Part shown: positions 35,770 to 46,643 of the stretch, one piece after another
Numbering within the stretch: the stretch's first letter is position 1
Layout of the letters: each line of letters begins with the position of its first letter
Origin: Gammaproteobacteria bacterium
Lineage (GTDB): Bacteria > Pseudomonadota > Gammaproteobacteria > Eutrophobiales > Eutrophobiaceae
Reading direction: 5' to 3'
NCBI GenBank assembly: GCA_965243205.1
Contig: CBDEUK010000002.1
Location: 288,001 to 352,000, forward strand
DNA: 64,000 nucleotides
Program-made: the position numbers and the translations under genes
The notes under the pieces: generated by a model
The model's input: the letters and a program-made list of their open reading frames with translations, nothing else
What the model was told of the DNA's origin: nothing
Databases searched by the model: none

Positions 35770-36354
35770 TTAAGGTAGTTGGACTCCTTCATTACGTAAC
35801 ATTGCAGTTAATTTAATGAGTGGAAGCCCAATTAGAGCATTCGGGTCATCACATTGGATACTATCAACTAATGTGATCCCGAGTGATTCGGATCTAAAAC
35901 TTCCTGCACAATCATAAGGTTCATCCAATTTTAGATAACGTTCTATCTCAGCATCAGATAATGCTTTAAAACTGACCTGAATTTTTTCGGCATCCAGTTG
36001 AATATGTTTGGATTCGACATTAAATAGGCAAATTGAGGTATAAAAAGTGACTGTTTTTCCTTCTACTATCTTTAACTGTTTGAATGCATTTTCATAATTG
36101 CCAGGTTTGCCTAAGAATTGATTATTACATTCTAAAACTTGATCAGAAGCGATAATCAGGCCTGTAGATAGCTCATTCGCGATTTTTTCAGCTTTTTCTT
36201 GAGCTAATCTGAAACACAGTTTTTCGGGTGTTTCACCAGTGTTAGGTGTTTCATCAATATTTGGAGCGGCAACATCAAATGGTAACCGTAAGCGTTGCAA
36301 TAAAGTCTTACGATAGGGTGAAGTTGAAGCTAGAATTATTTTTGCAGTAGAAAT
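35770..36354 (-). CDS. yceF: Maf/YceF nucleoside triphosphate pyrophosphatase; start extended to an inferred ATT codon
   Basis: IILASTSPYR motif lies upstream of the track's 36300 start; SDQV, GKP, CAGSF, LIGLPL motifs. Confidence 0.9.
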   Translation of the reverse strand: MSTAKIILASTSPYRKTLLQRLRLPFDVAAPNIDETPNTGETPEKLCFRLAQEKAEKIANELSTGLIIASDQVLECNNQFLGKPGNYENAFKQLKIVEGKTVTFYTSICLFNVESKHIQLDAEKIQVSFKALSDAEIERYLKLDEPYDCAGSFRSESLGITLVDSIQCDDPNALIGLPLIKLTAMLRNEGVQLP

Positions 36355-36436
36355 AGCAATATCCTCAAATTTTAGTCATAAATTAGCTTAAAAATTATTA
36401 TATATATCAATAATATATGTACTTTAATAGGTTTTT

Positions 36437-36465
36437 TTGACACGTACGCATGCACTGGCTACACT
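36437..36465 (+). promoter_or_regulatory. Sigma70 promoter of yceD-rpmF-plsX
   Basis: TTGACA-N17-TACACT followed by GC-rich discriminator TGCGCGCC. Confidence 0.75.
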
Positions 36466-36475
36466 TGCGCGCCTA

Positions 36476-36976
36476 ATGTCACCTGAGCCGGCAGATATAT
36501 TACACCCAATTCGCTTGATAAAATCGGAAGCGGTATTGGAAGGCGAACTTCCCCTCAAAGAGATGGAACGGCTAAGAAGCGTGTTGTTACATACAGAAGA
36601 CAGTGTAACGTACCGTTTGAAGTTTGCTACAGATGAATTTGGTCGAAACTACATTCAAGAACGAATTTCGACAACTATAAGTCTACAGTGCCAACGTTGT
36701 TTGGGTGAAGTCAGAGTTGATATTAATTCTGAAAACCGATTGGCCATAGTAGCCAATAATGAAGTAGCTCAAGAACTGCCGACAGAGTATGAACCTCTTG
36801 TCATTACAGAAGATGAGCTGAGTTTAAGTGCGTTAATTGAAGATGAATTATTATTGGCGTTACCAATATCGCCAACTCATGGTGTTGATGAATGCCCAGT
36901 TAAACTGGAGCGGCCCATGAAAAGTGAGAAGCAGAATCCTTTTGCAGTGATTAAACAACTGCAAAAATCAAAATAG
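36476..36976 (+). CDS. yceD: YceD/DUF177 ribosome biogenesis protein
   Basis: CQRCL, LIEDELLLALP, NPFAV; the track's TTG start is the -35 box, so ATG 36476 preferred. Confidence 0.93.
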   Translation: MSPEPADILHPIRLIKSEAVLEGELPLKEMERLRSVLLHTEDSVTYRLKFATDEFGRNYIQERISTTISLQCQRCLGEVRVDINSENRLAIVANNEVAQELPTEYEPLVITEDELSLSALIEDELLLALPISPTHGVDECPVKLERPMKSEKQNPFAVIKQLQKSK

Positions 36977-36987
36977 GAGCATAAACC

Positions 36988-37179
36988 ATGGCTGTACAAC
37001 AAAATAAGAAATCGAGTTCACGTCGCGATATGCGTCGTTCACATGATTCATTAAAGGCTACTACATTATCAATTGAGCCAGAATCTGGTGAAACCCATCG
37101 TCGTCATCATATCAGTGCAGATGGTTATTATCGTGGTCGTCAAGTTATTCAAACTCAGGTTGATGACGACGAAGAATAA
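36988..37179 (+). CDS. rpmF: 50S ribosomal protein L32
   Basis: [24 protein letters not shown]. Confidence 0.98.
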   Translation: MAVQQNKKSSSRRDMRRSHDSLKATTLSIEPESGETHRRHHISADGYYRGRQVIQTQVDDDEE

Positions 37180-37269
37180 TTAAATAATTATCTTAGTCTG
37201 TAATGACCTCTACACTAGCGGGTACGTTTATCCCTGCTGGTTTAAAAATATAATAATTAAGAGAAATCT

Positions 37270-38292
37270 TTGAATATAAAAATTGCACTCGATGCTATGG
37301 GAGGCGACCATGGTCCTTCCGAGATTATTCCAGCCGCAATTAGCGCCTTAGCCAAATTTCCAGAATTAGAGTTGGTTTTAGTTGGTCAAGAAGACAAACT
37401 CGTCGACGAATTATCAAAACAAAAACAATACGATTCTGCTCGTATAGAAATTCATCATGCCTCTGAAATTGTCGAGATGGATGAGTTGCCATCTACTGTA
37501 CTTCGCAATAAAAAAGATTCATCTATGCGTGTAGCCATTGATTTGGTTAAGCAAGAACGTGTAGATGCCTGTGTTAGTGCTGGTAATACTGGAGCCTTGA
37601 TGGCGACAGCTCGATTTGTATTAAAGATGTTACCTGGTATTGATCGACCAGCTATTTGTGGAATCATGCCTAGGATAGAAGGTTATACTCGAATGCTTGA
37701 CCTAGGTGCTAATGTAGATTCAAGTTCTGAGCAACTATTTCAATTTGCCGTGATGGGTTCTGAACTTACCAGCGCACTTGAAGAAAAATCGAACCCAACA
37801 GTTGGTTTATTAAATGTTGGTGCTGAAGAAATCAAAGGTAATGACTGTGTAAAACAAGCAGCAGCTTTATTATCGGATAGTCATTTGAATTATGTTGGTT
37901 TTGTTGAAGGCAATGATATTTTTACTGGCGAAGTCGATGTTATTGTCTGTGATGGTTTTGCCGGTAATATCGCATTAAAGGCGAGTGAAGGCGTGGCACA
38001 ATTCTTAGGACATCATGCTAAAGCATCATTTAAAAAATCTTTATACGGAAAGTTTGCTGCTACATTAGCAATGCCTGTTTTAAAATCGCTCAGAAAAAAA
38101 ATTGATCCAAGACGTTATAACGGCGCAAGTTTATTAGGACTAAAAGGTATTGTTATCAAAAGCCATGGTGGTGCTGATCGTTTGTCTTTCGTTCATGCAA
38201 TTGAAGAAGCGATCATGGAAGTTGGTCATAATGTTCCTGATCGAATAGGCCACTTGCTTGAAGATTTGTTAATCGAAAGGGAGGCCGTTTAA
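37270..38292 (+). CDS. plsX: Phosphate acyltransferase PlsX
   Basis: [23 protein letters not shown]. Confidence 0.98.
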   Translation: MNIKIALDAMGGDHGPSEIIPAAISALAKFPELELVLVGQEDKLVDELSKQKQYDSARIEIHHASEIVEMDELPSTVLRNKKDSSMRVAIDLVKQERVDACVSAGNTGALMATARFVLKMLPGIDRPAICGIMPRIEGYTRMLDLGANVDSSSEQLFQFAVMGSELTSALEEKSNPTVGLLNVGAEEIKGNDCVKQAAALLSDSHLNYVGFVEGNDIFTGEVDVIVCDGFAGNIALKASEGVAQFLGHHAKASFKKSLYGKFAATLAMPVLKSLRKKIDPRRYNGASLLGLKGIVIKSHGGADRLSFVHAIEEAIMEVGHNVPDRIGHLLEDLLIEREAV

Positions 38293-39257
38293 TGTTCAGT
38301 CGAATCATCGGTACAGGGAGTTATTTGCCTGAAAAAGTATTAGCAAATGCTGAACTTGAAAGCATGGTTGATACAACGGACGAATGGATTCAAAGTCGTA
38401 CTGGAATTAAAAAACGTCATATTGCAGCTGATGATCAATCAACCTGTGACCTAGCTGAAGAAGCTGCTCTTAAAGCGATCAAAGCCGCTGGTATAACAGC
38501 ACAAGAGATTGACCTTATTATTGTCGCGACAACTACGCCTGATATGGTTTTTCCTAGTACAGCTTGTTTATTACAACAACGTTTGAATATTCATGGTTGT
38601 CCTGCATTCGATGTACAGGCGGTTTGTACAGGTTTTATTTATGCTTTAAACGTCGCCGATAAATATATCCGTACCAATAGCGCAAAAAATGTTTTGGTTG
38701 TTGGTGCTGAAATTTATTCACGGATTATTGATTGGACGGATCGTTCAACTTGTGTGTTATTTGGTGATGGGGCAGGTGCTGTCGTTCTGCAAGCGAATGA
38801 AGAAGCGGGTATTTTATCGTCACATATTCACGCTGATGGTGAATATCAAAACTTATTAAAAGTCCCGAATGGTCCTGGTGCAGCAAAATCAATTACAGAA
38901 ACCGATCCTTCAGTTGTTTATATGCAAGGTAATGAAGTATTTAAAATGGCGGTTAATACATTAGGACGTATTGTTGATGAAACCTTAGAAGCGAATAGCT
39001 TAGAGAAAGAAGATATTGATTGGCTAGTTCCCCATCAAGCAAATATTCGAATCATAACAGCAACAGCAAAAAAATTATCGATGCCTATGGATAGAGTTGT
39101 TGTAACAGTCGCTGATACGGGTAATACATCAGCTGCTTCAGTACCTATTGCTTTAGATGTCGCTGTAAAGGATGGCAGAATTACTCGCGGTGATAAAATA
39201 TTGTTAGAAGCCTTTGGTGGAGGATTTACCTGGGGTTCCGCCTTAGTTATTTATTAA
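38292..39257 (+). CDS. fabH: Beta-ketoacyl-ACP synthase III
   Basis: AVCTGF, PHQAN, GNTSAAS. Confidence 0.98.
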   Translation: MFSRIIGTGSYLPEKVLANAELESMVDTTDEWIQSRTGIKKRHIAADDQSTCDLAEEAALKAIKAAGITAQEIDLIIVATTTPDMVFPSTACLLQQRLNIHGCPAFDVQAVCTGFIYALNVADKYIRTNSAKNVLVVGAEIYSRIIDWTDRSTCVLFGDGAGAVVLQANEEAGILSSHIHADGEYQNLLKVPNGPGAAKSITETDPSVVYMQGNEVFKMAVNTLGRIVDETLEANSLEKEDIDWLVPHQANIRIITATAKKLSMPMDRVVVTVADTGNTSAASVPIALDVAVKDGRITRGDKILLEAFGGGFTWGSALVIY

Positions 39258-39282
39258 GTGTATAAACTATAAGATACAAATT

Positions 39283-40215
39283 ATGACAACAGCTTTTATA
39301 TTTCCAGGCCAAGGTTCTCAATCAGTTGGTATGCTGAGTGATTTTGCTGATTCTCCATTAGTTAAAGAAACCTTTGAAGAGGCTTCTTCAGTTTTGGGTT
39401 TTGACTTGTGGAACATGACACAACAAGGCCCTGATTCAGAGTTAAACTCAACCGATAATACTCAACCAGCTTTACTTACAGCGAGTATAGCTTTGTATCG
39501 ATTATGGATATCTCAGTCTGATGCGTTACCTCAAGTTATGGCAGGGCATAGTTTAGGTGAATACTCTGCATTAGTTGCTGCAGGCACCATTGAATTTAAA
39601 GATGCTGTTCAATTAGTACGTACTCGTGGCCAATTTATGCAAGCAGCGGTTCCAGAAGGTGTTGGAGCTATGGCGGCAATTCTAGGTTTAGAAGATCAAG
39701 TCTTAGTTGATTTATGTAAAAAAGTTTCTAATAACGATGAGTTCGTCAGTGCTGCAAATTTTAATTCATCTGGGCAAGTGGTTGTGGCTGGACATAAAGC
39801 AGCTGTTGAAGCAGTCGTAGCTGAAGCGAAAGAAGCTGGAGCTAAACGTTCTGTTATCTTACCTGTAAGCGTGCCATCGCACTGTGAATTAATGAAACCA
39901 GCTGCAGAAAAACTTAAAGATATTATTTCGGATATTACATTCAAAGAATCATCTATATCGGTGATTCAAAATGTTGATGCTAATGTTCATACTGACATAA
40001 ATGTTATTAAAGAATCTTTAATAGAACAATTATACAAACCAGTACAATGGACTAAATGCATTGGTAATTTATCAGAACAAAACATTGAAACCGTGATCGA
40101 GTGTGGTCCGGGTAAAGTATTGTCAGGATTGGTCAAACGTATCGATAGAAATCTAACATGTTTACCAATTTTAGATAAAGCTTCATTTGATAAAGCAATA
40201 GAAACATTAAATTAA
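39283..40215 (+). CDS. fabD: Malonyl-CoA:ACP transacylase
   Basis: FPGQGSQ, GHSLGEY. Confidence 0.98.
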   Translation: MTTAFIFPGQGSQSVGMLSDFADSPLVKETFEEASSVLGFDLWNMTQQGPDSELNSTDNTQPALLTASIALYRLWISQSDALPQVMAGHSLGEYSALVAAGTIEFKDAVQLVRTRGQFMQAAVPEGVGAMAAILGLEDQVLVDLCKKVSNNDEFVSAANFNSSGQVVVAGHKAAVEAVVAEAKEAGAKRSVILPVSVPSHCELMKPAAEKLKDIISDITFKESSISVIQNVDANVHTDINVIKESLIEQLYKPVQWTKCIGNLSEQNIETVIECGPGKVLSGLVKRIDRNLTCLPILDKASFDKAIETLN

Positions 40216-40226
40216 ACTGAAAGAAA

Positions 40227-40970
40227 ATGAATTTAACTGAACAACAAGCGATAGTAACAGGTGCCAGTCGAGGTATTGGTAAAGCCATTGCTCTAGAATT
40301 AGCTTCTTTAGGTGTCAATGTTGTAGGAACTGCGACATCTCAAAAAGGAGCGGATGCTATTAAACAAGATTTTGCAGATAAAGGATTTAAAGGGCATGGG
40401 TTAGTACTCAATGTATCTGAGCAATCTTCTATTGAAGAATTTGCAAAAGCTCTTGAAGAAAATGATATTAACCCCCAAATATTGGTTAATAACGCAGGTA
40501 TCACTCGTGATAATTTAATGTTGCGCATGAAAGACGATGAGTGGACAGATGTGATAAATACGAATTTAAATTCAGTATACCATCTGACTAAAACCGTATT
40601 GCGTGGGATGATGAAGCAACGCTATGGTCGAATAATTAATATTACTTCTGTCGTTGGTTTATCAGGAAACGCTGGGCAGAGCAACTACGCTGCTACTAAA
40701 GCTGGAATGATCGGTTTTACTAAGTCTCTAGCAAGAGAAGTAGGATCAAGAGGTATAACGGTCAACTCAGTTGCTCCAGGTTTTATTCAAACTGACATGA
40801 CAGACGTCTTAACTGAAGAACAAAAATCCACCATGCTTGAACAAATTCCTTTAGCTAGATTAGGTCAGCCTGAAGAGATTGCGAAAGCAGTGACTTTTTT
40901 AGTCAGTGATGCAGGCGCATATATTACTGGCGAGACAATTAACGTAAATGGCGGTATGTACATGGCGTAA
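40227..40970 (+). CDS. fabG: 3-oxoacyl-ACP reductase
   Basis: TGASRGIG, NNAGITRD, YAATK. Confidence 0.98.
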   Translation: MNLTEQQAIVTGASRGIGKAIALELASLGVNVVGTATSQKGADAIKQDFADKGFKGHGLVLNVSEQSSIEEFAKALEENDINPQILVNNAGITRDNLMLRMKDDEWTDVINTNLNSVYHLTKTVLRGMMKQRYGRIINITSVVGLSGNAGQSNYAATKAGMIGFTKSLAREVGSRGITVNSVAPGFIQTDMTDVLTEEQKSTMLEQIPLARLGQPEEIAKAVTFLVSDAGAYITGETINVNGGMYMA

Positions 40971-41123
40971 AAAATCTAGAATTAACTTTAAATTATAAAT
41001 ATAATTATTTGAATTTATTAATAAAAATATTTTGAAAAGACTCTAACTTGCAAGATATTTTGTTTTCACTAAACTTACACACGCATTTGGGCCAGTAGGC
41101 CTACAACGGAGGACATTTCCATC

Positions 41124-41360
41124 ATGAGCAGTGTAGAAGAACGAGTAAAAAAAATCGTAGTAGAACAATTAGGTGTTAAAGATGAAGAGGTTACTAATGA
41201 AGCATCATTCGTTGATGACCTTGGTGCTGATTCTTTGGATACTGTAGAGTTAGTAATGGCTCTAGAAGAAGAATTTAAAACTGAAATTCCAGACGAAGAA
41301 GCTGAAAAAATTACATCAGTACAACAAGCGATTGACTACGTTAACGCAAATCAAAGTTAA
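41124..41360 (+). CDS. acpP: Acyl carrier protein
   Basis: [20 protein letters not shown]. Confidence 0.99.
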   Translation: MSSVEERVKKIVVEQLGVKDEEVTNEASFVDDLGADSLDTVELVMALEEEFKTEIPDEEAEKITSVQQAIDYVNANQS

Positions 41361-41380
41361 TCTATAGTCCTACACAGCAC

Positions 41381-41416
41381 AAGGCCGCGTAGTTTCTGCG
41401 CGGCCTTTGCTTTATT
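41381..41416 (+). terminator. Rho-independent terminator/attenuator after acpP
   Basis: AAGGCCGCGTAG-TTT-CTGCGCGGCCTT then TGCTTTATT. Confidence 0.7.
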
Positions 41417-41446
41417 TAACGAACTTTAAGTATCCGAGGTAACGAA

Positions 41447-42685
41447 TTGAGTAAACGACGAGTTGTTGTCACTGGATTGGGTATAGTTTCACCAGTAGGT
41501 AATACAATTAGTGAAAGCTGGGATAATATTCTAGCAGGCAAAAGTGGAATTGCGCCTATTGAGCACTTTGATGTGAGCGATTTTCCTGTGCGTTTTGGAG
41601 GCTCAATCAAAGACTTGGATATAGAGCAATATATTTCTAGAAAAGACCAGCGTAAAATGGATCCATTTATCCATTATGGAATGATTGCAGGCATTCAGGC
41701 GATTGAAGACTCTGGTCTTGAAGTCACCGATAATAATGCAACTCGTATTGGTGTTGCGATTGGTTCAGGTATTGGTGGTTTACCTGGAATAGAAAAGGGC
41801 ACTGAGCAAATTCTTAATGGCGGGCCACGAAAAATATCCCCTTTCTTTGTCCCTAGTAATATTATCAATATGATTTCAGGTAATCTTTCGATTCGTTATG
41901 GATTGAAAGGCCCTAACTTTTCTATCGTAACAGCGTGTACCACGGGTACTCACAATATTGGTGATGCATTTCGTATTATTCAATATGGTGATGCTGATGT
42001 AATGGTCGCTGGTGGTGCTGAAATGGCAACATCTCCTTGTGGATTAGCCGGTTTTGCAAATGCTAAGGCTCTTTCGACTCGAAACGATTCCCCAGAAACT
42101 GCTTCTCGTCCTTGGGATCAAGATCGTGATGGTTTTGTATTAAGCGATGGTGCGGGTGTTTTAGTACTAGAAGAATATGAGCATGCAAAACAACGCGGTG
42201 CAAAAATATACGCCGAGATGATTGGTTACGGTATGAGTGGTGACGCTTACCACATGACTGCACCATCAGAAAATGGTGAAGGTGCATCTCGTTGTATGAA
42301 TAACGCATTAAACGATGCAGGCATAAACCCAGAACAAGTGAATTATATTAATGCTCATGGAACCTCTACCCCTGCTGGTGATATAGCTGAAACCATGGCA
42401 GTTAAATCAACATTTGGTGAGCATGCGCAGAACTTGGTAATGAGCTCAACCAAATCAATGATTGGTCATTTATTAGGCGCCGCTGGTGGTGTAGAGGCTA
42501 TTTATTCAATTCTAGCCTTAAATGATCAAGTCGCTCCACCAACCATTAATTTAGATAACCCAAGTGATGGTTGTGATTTAGATTACGCTGCTAATGAAGC
42601 AAAACCAATTGAAATGAATGTTTGTCTTTCAAATTCATTTGGCTTTGGCGGCACCAATGGAACCGTTATATTTAAACGCGTGTAA
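41447..42685 (+). CDS. fabF: Beta-ketoacyl-ACP synthase II
   Basis: [28 protein letters not shown]. Confidence 0.98.
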   Translation: MSKRRVVVTGLGIVSPVGNTISESWDNILAGKSGIAPIEHFDVSDFPVRFGGSIKDLDIEQYISRKDQRKMDPFIHYGMIAGIQAIEDSGLEVTDNNATRIGVAIGSGIGGLPGIEKGTEQILNGGPRKISPFFVPSNIINMISGNLSIRYGLKGPNFSIVTACTTGTHNIGDAFRIIQYGDADVMVAGGAEMATSPCGLAGFANAKALSTRNDSPETASRPWDQDRDGFVLSDGAGVLVLEEYEHAKQRGAKIYAEMIGYGMSGDAYHMTAPSENGEGASRCMNNALNDAGINPEQVNYINAHGTSTPAGDIAETMAVKSTFGEHAQNLVMSSTKSMIGHLLGAAGGVEAIYSILALNDQVAPPTINLDNPSDGCDLDYAANEAKPIEMNVCLSNSFGFGGTNGTVIFKRV

Positions 42686-42706
42686 TTCTTAAGAATACTA
42701 TACACT

Positions 42707-43561
42707 ATGGCCATGACTCGGCCAGATTCTCAAAATAATATCCTAATAAATGGTCAGCCTACAGACTCGATATCGATTCATGATAGAGGTCTGCAATATG
42801 GTGATGGGTTGTTTGAAACCATTGCTGTTGTTAATGGACAGCCTTTACTTCTAGAAAAGCATCTTTCTAGATTAACGAATAGTGCGGATCTTCTAAAATT
42901 TCCAAATCAAAACATTAATATCATTAAAAATGAATTATTTGAATTTTCTCAATCAATCGATCGAGGCATAATCAAAATAATTTTAACGAGGGGAGTTGGT
43001 GGAAGAGGTTATGGATTACCAACTGAACAATCCCCTAATCGAATTCTAGTAAAATACCCTTGGCCTGATTATCCTCAAGATATGATTGTAAATGGCGTGA
43101 AGTTGCGAATTTGTGACCTACGACTATCCAAACAAGCAATTTTTTTTGGTAGTAAACATCTCAATCGATTAGAACAAGTAATGGCACGTAGTGAATGGAG
43201 TGATAAGGCTATTTTTGAAGGATTATTATTGGATGAAAATGATAAAATCATTGAATGTACAATGAGTAATGTATTTTTTATTAAAGATAAAACATTATTC
43301 ACACCTGAGCTTAATAAATCTGGTGTAAAAGGTATATTACGTGAAGTGGTATTAGAACATGCAGAAAAACTTGGTTTTAAAACCACCGAATCGTCTATGG
43401 TTATTTCGGATTTAAATCAAATGGAAGAATGTTTTATTACAAATTCGATTATAGGTATCTGTCCAGTAAATCAATTAAGTAATATTCGATTTAATAATTT
43501 GATTCAATCTAAATCCATTAGAGAACATTTAATTCAACATAATATGATTGCAAATATATAA
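42707..43561 (+). CDS. pabC: Aminodeoxychorismate lyase
   Basis: DRGLQYGDGLFET, KHLNRLEQV. Confidence 0.95.
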   Translation: MAMTRPDSQNNILINGQPTDSISIHDRGLQYGDGLFETIAVVNGQPLLLEKHLSRLTNSADLLKFPNQNINIIKNELFEFSQSIDRGIIKIILTRGVGGRGYGLPTEQSPNRILVKYPWPDYPQDMIVNGVKLRICDLRLSKQAIFFGSKHLNRLEQVMARSEWSDKAIFEGLLLDENDKIIECTMSNVFFIKDKTLFTPELNKSGVKGILREVVLEHAEKLGFKTTESSMVISDLNQMEECFITNSIIGICPVNQLSNIRFNNLIQSKSIREHLIQHNMIANI

Positions 43562-43569
43562 TTAACGAC

Positions 43570-44574
43570 ATGAAAAAGATTTTTGGCTATGTTTTTTTAA
43601 TTTTTATTATTGCTGCAATCATTGGTGCGTATTATCTATGGCAAGATAAACAACAATATCTTGCATCTCCTATAAACTTATCCGAAAAAATCAATTTTGA
43701 AATTGAATCTGGTAGTAATTTAAAAGATGTATTAAATGAATTAGCCGAAAAAAATATTATATCAAAACCTGAGTACATTCTATTTGAAGCTAAAAGAAGT
43801 AATCAAGCAAACTTAATTAAAGCGGGTGAATATCAATTATTACCTGGCACCACGCCAACACAACTAATTCAACAATTTATCGATGGTAAAGTTGTTCAAT
43901 ATAGAATTACTTTGATTGATGGCTGGAATTATCGCCAAGTATTTGAAGCGGTAAAAAATCATAAACGATTGAAACAAACAATCGATGAATTATCAGTTAA
44001 AGAAATAATGGAAAAACTTGAGCTAGAAGGTGTGCATCCTGAAGGTCAATTCTATCCAGATACATATAGTTTTCCGAACGGCACAAGTGATATCGATTTT
44101 TTAAAACGAGCTAACAAACGTTTGCATAAAGTGCTCGAAGAAGAGTGGCAACAAAAAGCAGAAAATTTGCCTTATCAATCAGCTTACGAAGCGTTGATAA
44201 TGGCTTCTATCATTGAAAAAGAAACGGCTGCTTCTGAAGAACGTCCTGAGATAGCAGGAGTGTTTGTGCGGCGTTTATTAAAAGATATGAAATTACAAAC
44301 TGATCCTACTGTTATTTATGCGATAGGAGAAAGTTTCGATGGCGATATACGTAAAAAAGATCTTTCTATTGATTCACCTTACAATACTTATGTGTATAAA
44401 GGTTTGCCGCCAACACCGATCTCAATTGCAGGCCGTGCTGCAATTAATGCAGCATTACATCCAAATGATGGAAAAACATTGTTTTTTGTTTCTATGGGAA
44501 ATGGCAAACATTATTTTTCTGAAACCTTGAAAGAGCATAACCAAGCAGTACGAAAATATATCTTAAAGAAATAA
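43570..44574 (+). CDS. mltG: Endolytic transglycosylase MltG
   Basis: ASIIEKET, LQTDPTVIY, SPYNTY. Confidence 0.97.
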   Translation: MKKIFGYVFLIFIIAAIIGAYYLWQDKQQYLASPINLSEKINFEIESGSNLKDVLNELAEKNIISKPEYILFEAKRSNQANLIKAGEYQLLPGTTPTQLIQQFIDGKVVQYRITLIDGWNYRQVFEAVKNHKRLKQTIDELSVKEIMEKLELEGVHPEGQFYPDTYSFPNGTSDIDFLKRANKRLHKVLEEEWQQKAENLPYQSAYEALIMASIIEKETAASEERPEIAGVFVRRLLKDMKLQTDPTVIYAIGESFDGDIRKKDLSIDSPYNTYVYKGLPPTPISIAGRAAINAALHPNDGKTLFFVSMGNGKHYFSETLKEHNQAVRKYILKK

Positions 44575-44589
44575 TCTAACTTTAATAAT

Positions 44590-45219
44590 ATGAATAATAA
44601 TTCTTGGTTTATTACATTAGAAGGAATTGAAGGTGCAGGTAAATCAACGCACATAGATTTTATAAAAGATTTCTTTATCAGAAACTCGTTTGAAGTTATT
44701 CATACGCGTGAGCCTGGCGGTACTAAATTAGGTGAGGCTATACGTGATACTTTATTATCGACTGAATTCCAAAATGATATTTCAGATGATGCTGAATTAT
44801 TATTAATGTTTGCAGCAAGAGCTCAGCATATTAATGAAATTATTAAACCAGCATTAGAACAAGGTAAGGTTGTGTTATGTGATCGATTTACTGATTCTAG
44901 CTTTGCTTATCAAGGTGGTGGCCGCGGAATATTAGATGAAAAGATTCAACGCCTAAAAGATTGGGTTCATTCAGACATTAACCCTGACATTACTTTGTTA
45001 TTCGATTTGCCGGTTGAGGTAGGCCTTGAACGGGCAGGAAAACGAGGAGCGGCTGATCGTTTTGAAAGTGAAGAGATTCAATTCTTCGATAAAGTTCGTA
45101 ATAAATATTTAGAATTAGCACAGCAAGAGCCAGAACGGTTTCATATTATTGATTCAAACAGAACGATTAATGATATTCAATCTAGTTTACATCGTTTATT
45201 ACAAAACAGGTGTTTGTAA
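44590..45219 (+). CDS. tmk: Thymidylate kinase
   Basis: EGIEGAGKST, REPGGT, DRFTDSSFAYQG. Confidence 0.98.
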   Translation: MNNNSWFITLEGIEGAGKSTHIDFIKDFFIRNSFEVIHTREPGGTKLGEAIRDTLLSTEFQNDISDDAELLLMFAARAQHINEIIKPALEQGKVVLCDRFTDSSFAYQGGGRGILDEKIQRLKDWVHSDINPDITLLFDLPVEVGLERAGKRGAADRFESEEIQFFDKVRNKYLELAQQEPERFHIIDSNRTINDIQSSLHRLLQNRCL

Positions 45220-46206
45220 ATGAACGTATATCCTTGGCAAACTGAACAATGGTTACGAGCGAAAGCACTCTATGATGCTGATCGCTTACCGCATGCTATG
45301 TTGCTAACAGGTAAACAAGGCTTAGGTATTGAACAATTTGCTATTCAATTTGCGACTGCAATACTTACAGATAATTTTACTGATAACGGTGTAAATGAAA
45401 GCGATTCTAAAGATTGGCACTTATTACAATCCGGCAATCATCCTGATTATTCTTTGCTGCAGCCAGAAGAAGAGGGCAAGCAAATCAAAGTTGACCAAGT
45501 TAGAGAGCTGATAGAGTTTTTACAGTACACCAGTCAGTATGGTCGAAAAAAAATAGCGATTATTGAACCAGCTGAAGCAATGAACCGTAGCTCAGCCAAT
45601 GGTTTACTCAAAACATTAGAAGAACCACCTGCAGATTCTTTACTATTACTAGTTGCTTATAAACCTGAATTATTACCCATTACTATCCGAAGTCGTTGTC
45701 AGGAAATAACATTTAGCTATGACAATTCAAAAGACTCACAGGAATGGCTACAGCAGAATATTTCAGATAAATCTGAGCTTGAATTAGCCATGATGATTAC
45801 CTCAGCACCGCTAGCAGCTAAATCATTGATCGAGTCAGAGCAGTTAGAAGAGAGGGATACTATTCTCAAAGAATTGAATTTATTACAAAAACAACAAATC
45901 GAGCCGATAAGTATAGCCGAGCGCTGGAACAGTATCGGTGCTTCAGAAATTGTAAATACATTACAAAGCTTTTTCCTGGATATGGCTAAACTTAAACTAC
46001 TTTCTGATAAAGCAAGAGTAAGTAATAGAGATATGGTAAAAAATTTGCTACATTTAGTGGCTAAGTTAGATATGTTTTCGTTATTAACATGCTGTCGATT
46101 GTTAAATGAATTGAAACAACAACTGCAGAGTACGACTAGTTTTAACACTCAAGGCTTACTAGAAGAATTCATTTTACATTGGCAATCGTTAACATTGAGC
46201 AAATGA
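45220..46206 (+). CDS. holB: DNA polymerase III delta' subunit
   Basis: YPWQ, GNHPD, ANGLLKTLEEP, TIRSRC. Confidence 0.95.
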   Translation: MNVYPWQTEQWLRAKALYDADRLPHAMLLTGKQGLGIEQFAIQFATAILTDNFTDNGVNESDSKDWHLLQSGNHPDYSLLQPEEEGKQIKVDQVRELIEFLQYTSQYGRKKIAIIEPAEAMNRSSANGLLKTLEEPPADSLLLLVAYKPELLPITIRSRCQEITFSYDNSKDSQEWLQQNISDKSELELAMMITSAPLAAKSLIESEQLEERDTILKELNLLQKQQIEPISIAERWNSIGASEIVNTLQSFFLDMAKLKLLSDKARVSNRDMVKNLLHLVAKLDMFSLLTCCRLLNELKQQLQSTTSFNTQGLLEEFILHWQSLTLSK

Positions 46207-46232
46207 ACGTATAGATGCGGAGGTAGCAAATA

Positions 46233-46592
46233 GTGAGTGCACCAGGTGGTCGTGATCCAAGACAAGGTATTTTGTCCTTAAGTATTCGTGATAAGAGTGC
46301 TCTATATGCCTCATATATGCCGTTTATCAAGAATGGTGCTTTATTCATCCCTACAGCAAAGGCATATAAATTAGGTGATGAAGTCTTTATGCTATTAACA
46401 TTGATGGATAGCAAAGAAAAATTACCAGTCGCAGGTAAAGTTGTATGGATTACACCGAAAGGGGCTCAAGGTAATAAGACTGCTGGTATTGGTGTACAGT
46501 TCAGTGAACTGGATAAAGGCGCAACTCGTAAACGCATAGAAACAGAACTTGCAGGTGCATTACAGTCTGACCGCTCTACACATACTCTTTAA
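46233..46592 (+). CDS. pilZ: Type IV pilus PilZ protein
   Basis: LYASYMPFIKNGALFIPT, VVWITP, GIGVQF; holB-pilZ-tatD synteny. Confidence 0.95.
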   Translation: MSAPGGRDPRQGILSLSIRDKSALYASYMPFIKNGALFIPTAKAYKLGDEVFMLLTLMDSKEKLPVAGKVVWITPKGAQGNKTAGIGVQFSELDKGATRKRIETELAGALQSDRSTHTL

Positions 46593-46643
46593 TTAAATTT
46601 ACTACGTCACCGTTGTTTAATATTCGGTGACCATAATGTTGTT

